From Eledone cirrhosa (taxonomy: Eukaryota): 64,000 nt of DNA. This document shows positions 51,446 through 63,982 of the stretch, piece after piece (the stretch's first letter is position 1; the number at the start of each line of letters is the position of its first letter). The stretch lies in contig OZ024742.1 of assembly GCA_964016885.1 (NCBI GenBank), forward strand, positions 301,692,001 to 301,756,000, written 5' to 3'. Under the pieces are notes generated by a model. The model was not told the DNA's origin, ran no database searches, and saw nothing but the letters and a program-made list of their open reading frames with translations. The position numbers and the translations under genes were made by a program.

Positions 51446-51619
51446 CTGAAACAAAAAGGACTCTATCCAGCATTTGCATTTGTTGATGGCCGAAGTGGTG
51501 ACTTACAGATGGACAAACTAGAATTAAATGAAGAACGTTACCTCCGCATTCGTTATGTTGACCAAGATGGCAAACTAAAGCAGCCGACCAGTGAAAGTGA
51601 TGACTTTGTTGTTCTATGA
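51446..51619 (+). CDS. ATG4: ATG4C/D-like last coding exon ending in a C-terminal LIR (SESDDFVVL*)
   Basis: Long polypyrimidine tract then ttcag|CTG; YPAFAFVDG motif; acidic-F-x-x-L terminus typical of ATG4 C-termini; TGA at 51617-51619. Joined exons give 2295 nt in one frame. Confidence 0.93.
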   Translation: MKQKGLYPAFAFVDGRSGDLQMDKLELNEERYLRIRYVDQDGKLKQPTSESDDFVVL

Positions 51620-51816
51620 ACAAGGAATGGTTTCATCACCAACCAGAACAATATCAGTGTTCCCTAAACTGTTACACTCCCTAGAAATATTTCTTAGTAT
51701 TTAAATTATTGTCAGTAGGTTAGGCAGTCAGATTCACCAGTTTTGTGTTTTTATGAAAAAATGTGGTCCACATTTTTTTTTTTTTGGTTTGTTTGTTACT
51801 TTGTTTTATTCCACTT

Positions 51817-52330
51817 GGGGCTGACCTGTTCTACTATGGTCATAATCCATTGTTATAAAGAAAGGGGCTGACCTGTTCTACTATGGCCATATTCCACTGT
51901 TATAAAGAAAGGGGCTGACCTGCTCTACTATGGCCATATTCTATCATTATAAAAAAAGGCTTGACCTGCTCTACTATGGCCATATTCTATCATTATAAAG
52001 AAACGGGCTGACCTTGTTTGTTATGAGCATATTCATCATCACCATCATTTTTACATCTATTTTGTTCCATGTTTGCATGGGTTGGACGGGTCCTTTTCAG
52101 CACAGCATCTCTCCACAAATTGTGATTCTCTGTCAGCTCCACTGTGAGTTTCAGCAATTTAAGATCAGTTTTCACCACCTCTGTTCAGGTCTTCTTCTAC
52201 TGCAGCTTCCTTCCACTGGGATTTCTTGGTACTTCTTCACCCAGCAATCACCATCCATGCATATCACATGTCCATACCAATCATTATAAAGACAGGGGCT
52301 GACCTCATCTGTTATGACCATTTTCCATTA
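51817..52330. repeat. 47-bp minisatellite just 3' of the ATG4 stop, interrupted by a minus-strand RTE fragment (about 52035-52280)
   Basis: ggggctgacctg.tctactatggccatatt...ttataaagaaa at 51817, 51864, 51911 and onward, resuming at about 52283. Confidence 0.8.
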
Positions 52331-53084
52331 TTACTAGAGCCCACCTTACAATTATTAGCATTAGGTTGTGTGATTAAAAGTGTCTCTGTATTTTTTTCAC
52401 CTCAGTGTGTTCTGAGTTCAAATATTGCCACAGGCCAACTTTGCCTTTCATCCTATCAAGGTTGATAGGTTGATAAATAAAATGCCAGTCCTCCTCCTTC
52501 TTTTTATTTATATATATATATATCTATACACACTCAACTTGGTTATGTCTATAATAGTAATCTTTAGAATTTATGGTAACTATTTCTGGCCTGCATTGGC
52601 AAGAATCTATTCAGTATAAATCAAACAGAGGAGAAGAAATATCTTAATATTGTGGTATGGACACCTTAGTCTGAATTGTGGCATTACTTGATGGGGAGGT
52701 TGTGTCTGATTAAATATGGAGTAAAACTGAATAAACAAAGGAGGCTAGGTAAAAATGAAAGATAGCAGCAGAGTTCCACTGATGAAGCCCTGCTTGATAT
52801 GTTTGATATTGATGATATTCAAAATGACATACTAACATATCACTTATCTTCTTTTAAAACACTATAATGTTATTGTTTTTAACCCCAGGTCAGCCCTGAT
52901 CAAGCACTTCTATGATCAAAGTTATTCCAGCATGTGATCGTCTAATTTTTTATTCAAACATAGTACATCTAGAACTTTTATAAGATGGTAGTGTAATTTG
53001 AGGAAGATTTGGCTGTAATATTTAGCAGGTCATGTAAGTACATAGAAGTTCGCTTGTTAGTTGGAAATACTTCTATCGCTTTAA

Positions 53085-53339
53085 CCCTTTTATTACCATA
53101 TTTCTAATGAAAGACACTGCCTGTGTTTCATTTAAATTTTGAAAATAATAAAAAAAAAATTGGAGGAATTTATGGAACAACTTTTTTCATTAGCAAACTG
53201 ATGTTTTTAACATTACTTAATAAAAAACTTCTTAAATAAAATTATGGTGAAAGATTTTAATATAGATATAAACATTTTAAAATTGGAAGTTTTGTATCAG
53301 AAGACCAGGGTGGTTTCAGATGGGTTGGTATTAAAAGGG
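53085..53339 (+). mobile_element. piggyBac-like MITE family B
   Basis: TTAA|cccttttattacca ... tggtattaaaaggg|TTAA. Degenerate relatives near 8277-8490, 12330-12460, 34625 and 60890-61058. Confidence 0.72.
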
Positions 53340-54294
53340 TTAAATGAAATATAGGAGCCTGTTTTTCATGCTTTTTTTAAATTACAATTTTAGAAGTGGA
53401 ACTTGTAAATTGTTCTGTGTTGGTGGTGTCAGGGGAGATGGACACAGCTACAAACACAAAGAAGTAATCAAACAAACAATCTTATCTTATTGTCTCAATG
53501 ATTCAAACCAAAAGATCTCTCATTACAAAAGTTTGGAAACTCATAATAATGAAAGTGTAGTTTCTAATGGGTGGCTACAGGTTTCTTAAGTGTGTGTGTG
53601 TGTGCTGTTGTGTGTGTATGTAGAGTGAAAGAAAGAGCTCTTGTGTGTGTGAAAGAGAAAGAAAGAGCTCTCGTGTGTGAGAGAGAAAGAAAGAGCTCGT
53701 GTGTGTGTATGTGTGACCTCTTATGTGTGCATAAGAGTATGTATATATAAATGCTATTATTGTAAAACAAATATTTATTTGGCACTCTACCCCACCTCTT
53801 TCTGTCCTCTACTTATATTAGTTATACCATTATAGCTGTTTCTCACCCCACCCACTTCTTATCTATTCACCTATCTTTTGTCTACCTGTTTATGTACCTA
53901 AGAATCTATGAGAATATCTGTCAATCAACCAGATTATCCACCAATATCCCTATCAACCTCTATTAATCTATATACCTTATTTATTTACCTATATATCAAT
54001 CTGTGACTAAAGAAAAGTATCTATAAATATGTGAAAATTTATTTTGTTTCTTGTTTATTGTTAAAAAAAGTTAAAATTATTTTGTTGTTGATCAGACCTC
54101 ATAAATACAAACTAACACACACATACAAAAGGCGCCAAGTCCATGCTGTAAAGTGGATGTATAACTGTCATGACAAAAATTGGAGGAATTTAATGGAACA
54201 ACTTTTTTCATTAGTAAACTGATGTTTTTAACATTAATTAACAAAAAACTTCATAAATAAAATTATGGTGAAGGGTTTTATTATAAATATAAAC

Positions 54295-55050
54295 AGTCTC
54301 TCATGATAGTATTGTTGGCTTTTTTCTTTTAGCATCCGTGAGGGAAAGTGTACCAATATCTTGTTTTTCTCTCACTATTCTGAACACCCCATGATGTAAA
54401 ATATGTGCAAACCTTTTCCTCTTTCCTTGCTAAGAGAATCTGGTGCCAGGCTTCTTGATGCTATTTCCTCCTGCTTTACCAGTCTTTCCAAGCTTTGATC
54501 GCCTGATCTTCCTTACTAATCTACCACAATGTCACCCTTTGTCTCTTGGGTGACTTGCACCAGCCACATGTCCTGTCTAGCCTTCAGCTGGTTGTTACAC
54601 AGAAACCTCTACTGCTCTACTGCATTGCAAGTGTCTAACTTTTCTTCCTTACTTTTGTGTCAAGCATGACATCTTGGAATTTTGTCAACAACTGAGAGTT
54701 CCCTAATTTCTGGGTTTTTTTCTTGCAATGTGTCTTGTCACTTCTACCTCTAAAGTTGTTGACTACTAGGTTCACTGAAACATTTCTCATCAGTCTATCT
54801 TGATTCCTAGTGAGAATAAAATCTGACTTGTGTGCTCTCTTCATTGATAGTTGCTCAAATGGCTGGTTGGTTTTCTGAAGTTATAGCTGCATCACAAACT
54901 CCAGGAGTCTCAGTATCTCTTCATTTTTCTTACTAAACTTAAAACATTCATGAACACCATGAAAGCCAGAAGCTCTCATAGTATTTTCCATGTCCATTAA
55001 AATCGCCATCCATAATTACGAGGGCACCATTATTTGTTAATGTGGCAGTT
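54295..55050 (-). mobile_element. Highly degenerate RTE endonuclease/tether fragment
   Basis: Minus strand shows GDFN and 'LSLTDAKRK...YHERL' remnants resembling ORF 11363..11836. Confidence 0.55.
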
Positions 55051-56021
55051 TACTTGTAGGTCACACACATGCAAATTAAGTTGAAAATGCAATTGGAATC
55101 TTTAAGATTTTTTTACACTAACCTCCACACATTTCACTTAGCTTTTGAAAATCATAAAACTGAAAAACCGGTAATGTTATATAAAAACATAAGTTGCAAA
55201 TTTGTTTATATCTATATATATATCACAGCATGATTGAATGTTTAAAGAATTTGCTTCACAATCATTAGGTCCTAGGTTCCAGCTGTTCAATTCAGGGTAC
55301 ATCTTGCTCAGGAAATGAATGTGTAAGCCCACAGACATGTCCCCTAAGGCTGGCCCTTTGAATTACATGTACTACAGACAACCTGACAGGCTTCCAAACA
55401 GTTTCCACTCAATGCATGGGTCGACCCGAGGGTACAGTAAAAGGGACTTGCTCAAGATGGCACATTGATTGTGGTATCAACCGAAATACTACTGGTTATG
55501 TTGTCTGACATTCCTAGTTATTGTTCTGACAATTCACTGTGGTAATATAAGAATACAAATAACTTTGCTTTTATTTCTAGTTTCACTCATTTGAATCAAC
55601 CATACTGGGTCAGTACCCTTAAGGGATTTAGTTGACCACATCAACCCCCAGTATTTCTTAAAGTCTGGTACTTTAATTAAAATAGTAGGTTGCAGGATAT
55701 AAACAAAGCCAGAAACAGTTCTATATGAGTCACCTGGGACAACCCGTCTAACCCATCCTAGCGTGGTAAATGGATGTTAAACGATTATGATGTAACTACG
55801 CTCACATATATAACAAACTACCCCAGTTTTCTCCTAAAGTATTGGTCAACTGAAGGCTTAGAGTAATGGGACTAAATCTGCAACTGTGATTATGAAGTGA
55901 ATTCCTAAATAAATACAACACACATCATCATATGTGCTGAAGTAAATAACCAAGTCAAAGCCCATGTTATTTTTAATTAAAAAAAAATGTTTTATTAGCT
56001 TGATATCACAAAAAAAAAAAA

Positions 56022-56291
56022 TCAATGCTTTTTTATTTTTTTATGCCCATCAGAAGCCTTTTTACGCTCTGGTGGGCCATTTTTTCTTGGAGAACTGTTT
56101 GTCTTCACAGGATTTGAGCGTGGTCTATCAACTGCAAACTGTATGTAGTGTAAGGAGAGAAGAAACATTAAGAAATGACCACATGAATAAACCGCAATGA
56201 GGACACTGAAGAGATCAGGTTTATCTTGGGGTGGTTTGATAAACATGTAACCTACAGTCAGAGCTACACCACCTGATATTGACAAGAACAT
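56022..56291 (-). CDS. ALG6: ALG6 last coding exon (…KPPQDKPDLFSVLIAVYSCGHFLMF…KKIKKH*)
   Basis: ttatttcag|ATG; PPxxxPDLFSVL motif; C-terminal KxKxx dilysine ER-retrieval signal; TGA stop. Confidence 0.93.
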   Translation of the reverse strand: MFLSISGGVALTVGYMFIKPPQDKPDLFSVLIAVYSCGHFLMFLLSLHYIQFAVDRPRSNPVKTNSSPRKNGPPERKKASDGHKKIKKH

Positions 56292-56378
56292 CTGAAATAA
56301 ATATAATAATTTATAGAATTAAAAGACTGAAAAGTTAATCTTTACAAACAAAAAAAAATTGTCAACAATATCTTAGAT

Positions 56379-56476
56379 CAGAGGTTCTCAAAGTGGGCAC
56401 TACCACCCATCCCGGGGGCATTGAGAAGGTCCATGAGGCAGTGTGGGGTGATAGAGAAAAAGTTTGAGAACCTCTG
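56379..56476. mobile_element. hAT-like MITE
   Basis: Perfect 14-bp TIRs cagaggttctcaaa / tttgagaacctctg; TSD not preserved. Confidence 0.7.
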
Positions 56477-56863
56477 GTGTTAAACTAGGTGACAGATTAA
56501 GTCTACCACCCAAGGACTGGATGGTGGTGTTAAACAGAGTAATAGATTAAGTCTATCACTGAAGGAGCAGGTAGTAATGCTAATGCTAAATTGGGCAATG
56601 GATTAAGTTTACCACTGAAGGACGAGGTAGTAATGTTAAATTGGGCAATGGATTAAGTCTACCACCGAAGAACTCAAAACAAAGAGAAAACCATAAGTCT
56701 AACACTAACAATTATGCTGGACTGATACTTCATTCTATCAACCTTGAATGGAGTAAAGACAAAGTTAACCTCAAATATTGGAAGGTATTTTTTCCTTTAC
56801 TCTAATGACTCCAATTCATCACCTTTTCTCCAGGACAATATTTTTTATAGGAAAGCAGTTAAC

Positions 56864-57054
56864 AAAGAAAATGTGAAATGTATCTGTTCCAAAACAAATG
56901 ACAATCACTATAAATAATAGTTGAGAAAATCGGCTTAAAGTACCCCTGGTACTTTTATCCACTTTTCTTCCATCTCCAGGGGTACTTTACCAACTTTTTC
57001 TCAACTATTGCTATGGTTATTTGTGTTAGGACATATACATTTCAGACTTTCTTT
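56864..57054. repeat. Palindromic element, arms of about 85 bp, 26-nt loop
   Basis: aaagaaaatgtgaaatgtat...aatagttgagaaaa...taaagtacccctgg pairs with ccaggggtacttta...ttctcaactatt...atacatttcagactttcttt. Confidence 0.75.
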
Positions 57055-57081
57055 TTATAACAGTAAATATTTTCTACTTAC

Positions 57082-57238
57082 CAAAAACCTAAGTAACCAA
57101 TTAAACAGTGAATTACTTTTTTTCTTGGAGACCTGTTCTGGTACTAATCTGTGTAACAGGAGCGCAACAAGGGCAAACAGTATTTGACAGTTATAATACT
57201 GTAAGGTGAGGCCATCTTTCACAAACAATGGGAACATA
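57082..57238 (-). CDS. ALG6: ALG6 exon (SMFPLFVKDGLTLQYYNCQILFALVALLL...NWLLRFL)
   Basis: tttcag|T ... TTG|gtaagt; SMxPLxxKD motif. Confidence 0.92.
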
Positions 57239-58318
57239 CTGAAATAATAGAGAAAGGTAAACAGGACCGTTAAATGTTAAGATTCAACTAAAATAATTTA
57301 CAAAATTCACTTTCACCCTTTAACATCCTGTACCACATGAAACCATATTAGCAAGATATTCTTGAAAAGTACAAAACAACACTATGACAGCATCATATTT
57401 CACAATAATCTGTTCTCTAGTAAAGATACTAGAAACATTTGAATTAACAAACCACATTAGCAAGATATTCTTGAAAAGTACAAAACAGCACTATGACTGC
57501 ATCATATTAAAAGTCAAGTCATAGGCAAACTGCAGCCCAATTGGCTTTCTGAATGGCATGCCTTATTTCAAAATTATCTTTAAGTTTTTAGTAGTGTGAC
57601 CTGCCTTATGATGATCTGCATCCTATGTAAAAAGTTTGCCCATACTTGTTCCAGTCCTACAGACAGTTCCTTGTCATCTTTACCATTGAAAATGCCTCAA
57701 AAGTTATAACTAACAATGTTATCATCGACATCCTCATTTTTATGTCTACTTTTCCATGCTGGCATAGGTTGGATGTGATGATATGGGGTAGTTTTAATGC
57801 AGGATGCTCTTTCTGAGACCAACCCTTTTAGTTACCTCATACAATATGCAAATGCTGCTGTTCACAAAATGCATGATATATGTCTCTGGTATAAAGGGTT
57901 TTTCTAGTAATGCACTGGAGTTGATTAAATCAACTTTCCCTGCCCCCAAAATTGTTGGCCTTGTGTCTAAATCAGAAACCAGATATTGAGGGTAATTGTA
58001 GCCTCATGAGGTATGTACTCTCAGTACTAATATAGTAGGTAGGTTTTCATTCAAATGGGTAATTTTATTTTGTGTGGTGTGTTTTTGGCTAGTTTAGGAT
58101 TGTAATGTTTAGTTGTGTAAGAAATAATTATATAATATATAAAAATTAAGGTAACTAATATATTTTTGTGATATCTTCTTTATGTAAGTGTTTAGACATC
58201 ACATTATTGAAGTCTCATAAATCACATTAATACGGGGAGAATATTTTCTGCTGCAAACTAATCCTCTCTGCAACCTGATAGTGAAGTCTGAAGAACATAG
58301 AATTCTTATATTACTTAC

Positions 58319-58387
58319 CTTAATGTTGATATGTGCAGAAACCAGAAAGAAAGGAACAGATGACTTGGCAGAAGTAAGCAGAAGGGG
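58319..58387 (-). CDS. ALG6: ALG6 exon (PFCLLLPSHLFLSFWFLHISTL)
   Basis: tttttcag|C ... AG|gtaagt; phase 2/2; collinear with human '[23 protein letters not shown]'. Confidence 0.9.
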
Positions 58388-59578
58388 CTGAAAAAAAAAA
58401 GGAAGAGAAAAAGAAAATAAACATTTACATGAAATAATATTTTATAACACACACGCACACACGTATATATCATCATCATCACCATTTAGTGTCCATTTTT
58501 CCATGCTTGCATGGGTTAGACGGTTTGTCCACAGTGGGAGGCAAGTCTGGCCAGAGTTGGCCATGATGTACCTAGCTCCAAGGACTGTAAATTTGGCTGG
58601 GTATTTTACAACTGGATGCCAACCCCATTTACAGTGTGGAACTGGATGGCACTGTTATGAGAAGGGACAGGCCAATTGGCCGTGCCTAACCTGTCCACAG
58701 TGCAACCATAGTTTTGATATATATATATCATCATCAAAGGAGATGCCCTAGATAGAGGAAACTATAGAGGCATTAAATTAATTGACCAGGTCATGAAGGT
58801 CACAGAAAAAGTAATAGTGTAACTAATATATATATATACATACGCATACATAACCCATGCAAGCGTGGAAAAATAGGCATTAAACGATGGTGATGATGAT
58901 AATGTTATATACCACCATCTAGTATCAATCTAAGTGGGTATACTAATGGAATTGTTATTGTACTGTCAAACTGGATGACATAGTATTTGTTCCAGCTCTT
59001 TGCATACTGAGTTCAAATCCTGCCATGGTATACTTGGGTAGCAGACTTAATTAGTCATCTTGTTCAACACCATCACTTGACCCTTGGTTACTTTTAATGG
59101 GGTCCTCTCTGTTGCAAACCAGATCTCCAATTTGAGGATACTTTCTTTTCTCCCTACCTCCTTCCCACCAGTCTCAGGGGTTCTGAAAAGGGTCACAGCA
59201 GCCACTGCCATTCCTCTTGACTAAGTGGTAAAAAAATAAGATGAGTTGGTTAAGCATTCCAGTTGTTCAAACAATGGATCTGCCTGCTCATGAAATTAAT
59301 GTGTAACTGAGCATTCCACAGACATGTGTACCCACAACATAATTCTCAGGGAGATTCTGTGTGACGAGCTAGTTCTTTGAATTACATGTACTTTGAATTA
59401 CACCTGACAGGCCTACAACAGATTTTGTCTATCAAATTACACTCACAAAACTTGAGTTAACCAGAAGGTATAGTAATTGATACTTGGCCAAGATGCCATG
59501 CAGTGGGATTAAACCTTGGGCCTAATGATTGTGAAGCAAACTCAAACCATTCGGTCATACTGTGTCCACAGGCTAGAT

Positions 59579-59913
59579 CAGAGATTCTCAAAGTAGGTGT
59601 TACACCCACCCACCGAGAGCTGTTGTGAAGTCCAGGGCAGTGTTGGGGCCTAAGGGGGCAGTAGAGATGATATAATAATATATTTAATATCAAATGATAC
59701 ATATTATATATAAATATAGTAAAATAAAAAAATATATATTTATTTATACATAATTTATATATAATAAATAATATAATATATACTAACAATTTATTATATA
59801 TTGTTTGCAATTTACGTGTAGGCAGGTCTGTCTGGAAGTGGGGGTGGGGTGGGGGGTGAAGGTACTACATGACCGTGAGGAGCACAGTGGCCCAAACAGT
59901 TTGGGAACCTCTG
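59579..59913. mobile_element. hAT-like MITE with AT-rich interior
   Basis: TIRs cagagattctcaaa / tttgggaacctctg; imperfect 8-bp TSD ggctagat/agctaaat; related to 56379-56476. Confidence 0.7.
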
Positions 59914-59965
59914 AGCTAAATAAATGAATACATAGATGAGGAAATTATATAAAGAGAATACTTAC

Positions 59966-60036
59966 AGAGCAACCAAGAGGATAGATTTTTCATGAACTTG
60001 GTATGAGAACAGGAAAAATATCAATGAAGAACTAGC
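59966..60036 (-). CDS. ALG6: ALG6 exon (ASSSLIFFLFSYQVHEKSILLVAL)
   Basis: ttcacag|GCT ... CT|gtaagt; conserved FFLFSxQVHEKSIL motif. Confidence 0.95.
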
Positions 60037-60181
60037 CTGTGAAAAAAAAAATATATTTGTTATGACAAAAAAATAAGACTAACAGAACCCAATACCCCTC
60101 AATGCAAAGATACGCAAATGTTCAAAGTTGTAAAAAATGAAAAATGGAAGTAAACTGTAACAGAATTGTTGTGAAACTTAC

Positions 60182-60266
60182 CAGGGATAGTTTGAATCTT
60201 GTCATTGATGGTCGGCTGATAAGACTTATCCCAGTTGGTAAAAGACATGCTACTGTCACTGACAAG
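60182..60266 (-). CDS. ALG6: ALG6 exon (CLSVTVACLLPTGISLISRPSMTRFKLSL)
   Basis: ttttcag|C ... CTG|gtaagt; collinear with human ALG6 '[21 protein letters not shown]'. Confidence 0.9.
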
Positions 60267-61088
60267 CTGAAAATATATTAATATTGAAAGATTTTATAAC
60301 AATAACCCTGGTTCTATGATTAAAAAAAGGTTGTTTTAAAGTGTTCATCTTTAAATATAAACCTTCCCTTATTTTTTCTAAGAATATTTTCTTTGGTTAT
60401 ATTCTAAACACCAACTTAATAATAAGAAAATAGTTATATTATTAAATCACTCTAAATTTCTAAATATTCTTTAACCCTTTAGAATTTTAACCGGCCGTAT
60501 CCAACCAGAATTCTCTCACCTCTTTCTGTTCAAACTAGCCACTCATACTGACATTAATGTATTGTTCTCAAAATAAATAACATCAAAAGTTGTTGATTCG
60601 ATATTGTGTGAGATAAAGCCTTTACCACAAAAATACCATGGCTGGCCCTTTGAATTACAGATAAAGTTCATCAGACAGACTCCCACACAGTTTATCTACC
60701 CAATTTCTGTCACAAGGCATGGGTGAACCTGAGGTTATGGTAAATGACACTTGTCTAAGTTTCCACACAGTAGGAACAAATCCAGGCCCTAATAATTGCA
60801 AAGGGAACTTTTCGACCATTTGGCCATGCTGCATCTACTTCATAGGCCACAATAATAACAATTTATACTGATTACCATCTTGGTCAAAACCAGCTCTTGT
60901 TATTAAAATCTTCCAACATAATTTTATATAAGAACCTCACATCAAGTTACTATTTCAGTAATGAAATAATTAATAATTTTAGTAAATCTCTTGAAATTCT
61001 TCATTAGTTAATTAAAATAGAGTGCATTTCATTAGAAATGTGGTCATGAAAGGGTTAATGAAAAGTATCAACTTTGTAAAGATCTTAC

Positions 61089-61174
61089 CAGAGATAAATC
61101 AAGGATTTCATGGGAAATAGATCTTTTAACTTCACATAAATACTAATTGAACACCAGAAATTAGCGACTTTATC
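61089..61174 (-). CDS. ALG6: ALG6 exon (DKVANFWCSISIYVKLKDLFPMKSLIYL)
   Basis: ctgcag|GAT ... TG|gtaag; EDKVAN(F/I)WC is an ALG6 signature. Confidence 0.93.
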
Positions 61175-62027
61175 CTGCAGAAAACAGAAAAAAGGTTGAT
61201 AAACAAAAATGACACACTTATCACATCATTGGTGATCCTACATTTATCATCATCATCATTTAATCTCAGTTTTGCCTGCTAGCATGTGTTGGATGGGTCG
61301 TCACAGATCAAGTCAGTACACAATCAGAGCTACTGATCTCTCAGATGAGCTGGAGTCCTGCATCTTGCTTCCATACGTTGCCGTATTCTCTCTCTCTACA
61401 GTGCCCCCAAGTACGTTTTAATAGCACCAACCCTTTACAGCATTTGGGGGAACATTTTATTGTGACACCAGCACTTCTACTTTACAGGGTGGAGTAGGTG
61501 CTTTTTATCAGGGTATCAACACTACCCCATTATAGGACAGTGAAGGGAGTAGGTGTAGAATGAATGATAGCTAGCTACATGCTACTTGCCAAGGAAGGGG
61601 GTCATCCCACCATGGAAGTGCAAATGTCAAGTCAAAGTTGTGGAGATAAGTTATTCCATGTCCTGTACCACATTCTTGAAAAAGAACAAAAAGAGCTCTC
61701 TGTCTGTATGACATTAAAGATTTAAGTCTTAACTCTAATACTACAAATGTTTACAATGATCTGTCCAGTAGTAATGGTACAATAAATATTTGTATTAACA
61801 AATTGGTTTTTAGACATTTTCTTTTAAATCACAGCAGGATGTTAAGAGTAAACAACCATCTGACGTTTTCTCTGATCCAGTTGTTTGATCAATGATTTAT
61901 TTTAAATTAATGTGTAAGTGACTGAGCATTCCAAATACGATTCAGTTTGATACATTGTGACAAAACTGGAGAATTACTCTATGTACTATACATACACCTT
62001 TGATGAGTTGTAGTGCACCTGAGCACT

Positions 62028-62915
62028 AGGGTCGGACATGCTTTCCAGCATAGTTACGTCCCTTTACGATCTGAGTTCAAATCCCGCCGAGGTTAACTTT
62101 GCCTTTCATCCTCACGGGGTCGATAAAATAAAGTACCAGTAATGTACTAGGATAATTGCAGGCCTTGTGCCAAAGGTAGTAACAATTATCTTTATTACAG
62201 GTGTAAGGGTGGTGGATTGGCAGTATCGGTAGAGGGTCGGACGCCATGCTTTGACGCATAGAGTTACTGCCCTTGCCATTCTGAGTTCAAATCCCACCGA
62301 GATTAACTTTGCCTTTCATCCTTACGGGGGTTGATAAAATAAAGTACCAGTAATACACTGGGATAATTGCTGGCCTTGTGCCTAAAGTAGAAACAATTAT
62401 CTTTATTACAGGGGGATTGGCAGTATCGGTAGAGCGTCGGATGCCATGCTTTGCAAAATAAGAGTTAAGACCCTTTACGGTCTGAATTCAAATCCCACTG
62501 AGGTTAACTTTGCCTTTCATCCTTACGGGGTGGATAAAATAAAGTACCAGTAATGTACTGGGTAATTGCTGGCCTTGTGCTAACAGTAGAAACAATTATT
62601 ACAGGTACAATCCATCTAACAGACTTCTATGCAGTTTCTATCAAATTTCCCTCAAAGGCGGTTTCACCAAATCATCATCATTATTATCACGTGAGCAGTG
62701 GATCAGCAGTATCAACACAGCATCAGACACCATACTTTGCAGCATAGTTATGGCCCTTTATGATCTGAGTTCAAATTTTGCCGAGGTTAACTTTACCGTT
62801 CATCCTTACGCGGTCAATAAAATAAAGTACTAGTCAGGCACTGGGGTTGATTTAATCAACTTTCCCCCTCTCCCAAAATTGCTGGCTTTGCGCCTATATA
62901 AGAAACCATTATCAC
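62028..62915 (+). mobile_element. Cluster of four same-orientation SINE family 1 copies
   Basis: Copies at about 62028-62185, 62205-62398, 62412-62597 and 62695-62912. Confidence 0.85.
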
Positions 62916-63401
62916 AATTTAACGTCTATTTTCCATGCTTGAAGGGTTAGATGGGTTGTCACCCTTTGAGGCTGGATAAGTCAGGTTACCATGTCTTGCT
63001 CATGTTCCATTTTGGGCTTGGTTTGTATAGCTAAATGCCCTTCCTAACACCAACCATTTTGCAGAATATATTGGGAACATTTTATTTTAACTCCACCACT
63101 ACCAGCCATAGAAAACTTACTAAACAAAGAGTAAAAAGATTTCTTCTGTCAAATACAAGACAACCTTTTTAGTAGTGGTGTTATGATAAAAATGCACTTG
63201 GTGCACTCGGCAGAGTGCATAAGCGTATGTGAGAAGTGAGTCTTCAGCTTGTCTGAAAAGTCAGTAGCTCTGATTAAGTAATGACTCGGTGTGACAACTT
63301 GTCCAAAACATGCTAGCAGTGAAAACAGACGATGATGATATCAACTTGGCTATAAAACAATTCAGGTGAATTAAAATAAATTTAAGCAAAGTGTTACTTA
63401 C

Positions 63402-63537
63402 CTCGTAAAGACCTCTTTCAAATGGAAACAGTCTGTGCAAGACTTGAAAGACGCTACCTTTCTGTTTGAAAAATGGTAAAAAGCAGAGAATAAAAGTTCC
63501 AAGTACTGCTAACGATAACCGGACCAGCTTTAGAAAC
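63402..63537 (-). CDS. ALG6: ALG6 internal exon (FLKLVRLSLAVLGTFILCFLPFF...QVLHRLFPFERGLYE); earlier exons lie beyond the window
   Basis: Minus strand cag|G ... GAG|gtaagt; ALG6/ALG8-family RLFPxxRGL motif, continuing into EDKVAN as in ALG6. Confidence 0.93.
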
Positions 63538-63786
63538 CTGAGAGTAGAATTGATCAAGATCAGATATGTTTGGAAGTTTATTTGGTGCAATACAAACATA
63601 AAAAAAAAACATCAACATTATTTTGGTATTATATAAAAGGAGAGAAGATATTTTTGAGAGAACTGTTCCCAGTGCATCACTGGTACTTAGAAAATCTCAA
63701 GAGATGAAAGGTAAAGTAGATCTAGGTTGAATTTAAACATAGAACAAGTGTTTCATGCTACCAAATTTGGAAGTCCACCACCATAA

Positions 63787-63982
63787 CCTTTTAGCATTTA
63801 AACCAGTCATATCCAGCCAGAATTCTTTCACCTCTTTCTGTTCAAACTGACCTCTCATACTGATGTTAAGGTATTGTTCTCAAAATAAATAATATCAAAA
63901 TCTCAGATTCGATATTATGTGAGATAAAGCCTTTACCATGAACATATAATAGTATATATAGAGTAATGTAAATGCTAAAGGG
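63787..63982 (+). mobile_element. piggyBac-like MITE family A, complete copy
   Basis: ccttttagcattta ... taaatgctaaaggg|TTAA terminal inverted repeats. Confidence 0.72.

Noticed and set aside
51620-56021. FoxD or another gene between ATG4 and ALG6
   Set aside because: No forkhead-like ORF; the region consists of repeats and decayed RTE.
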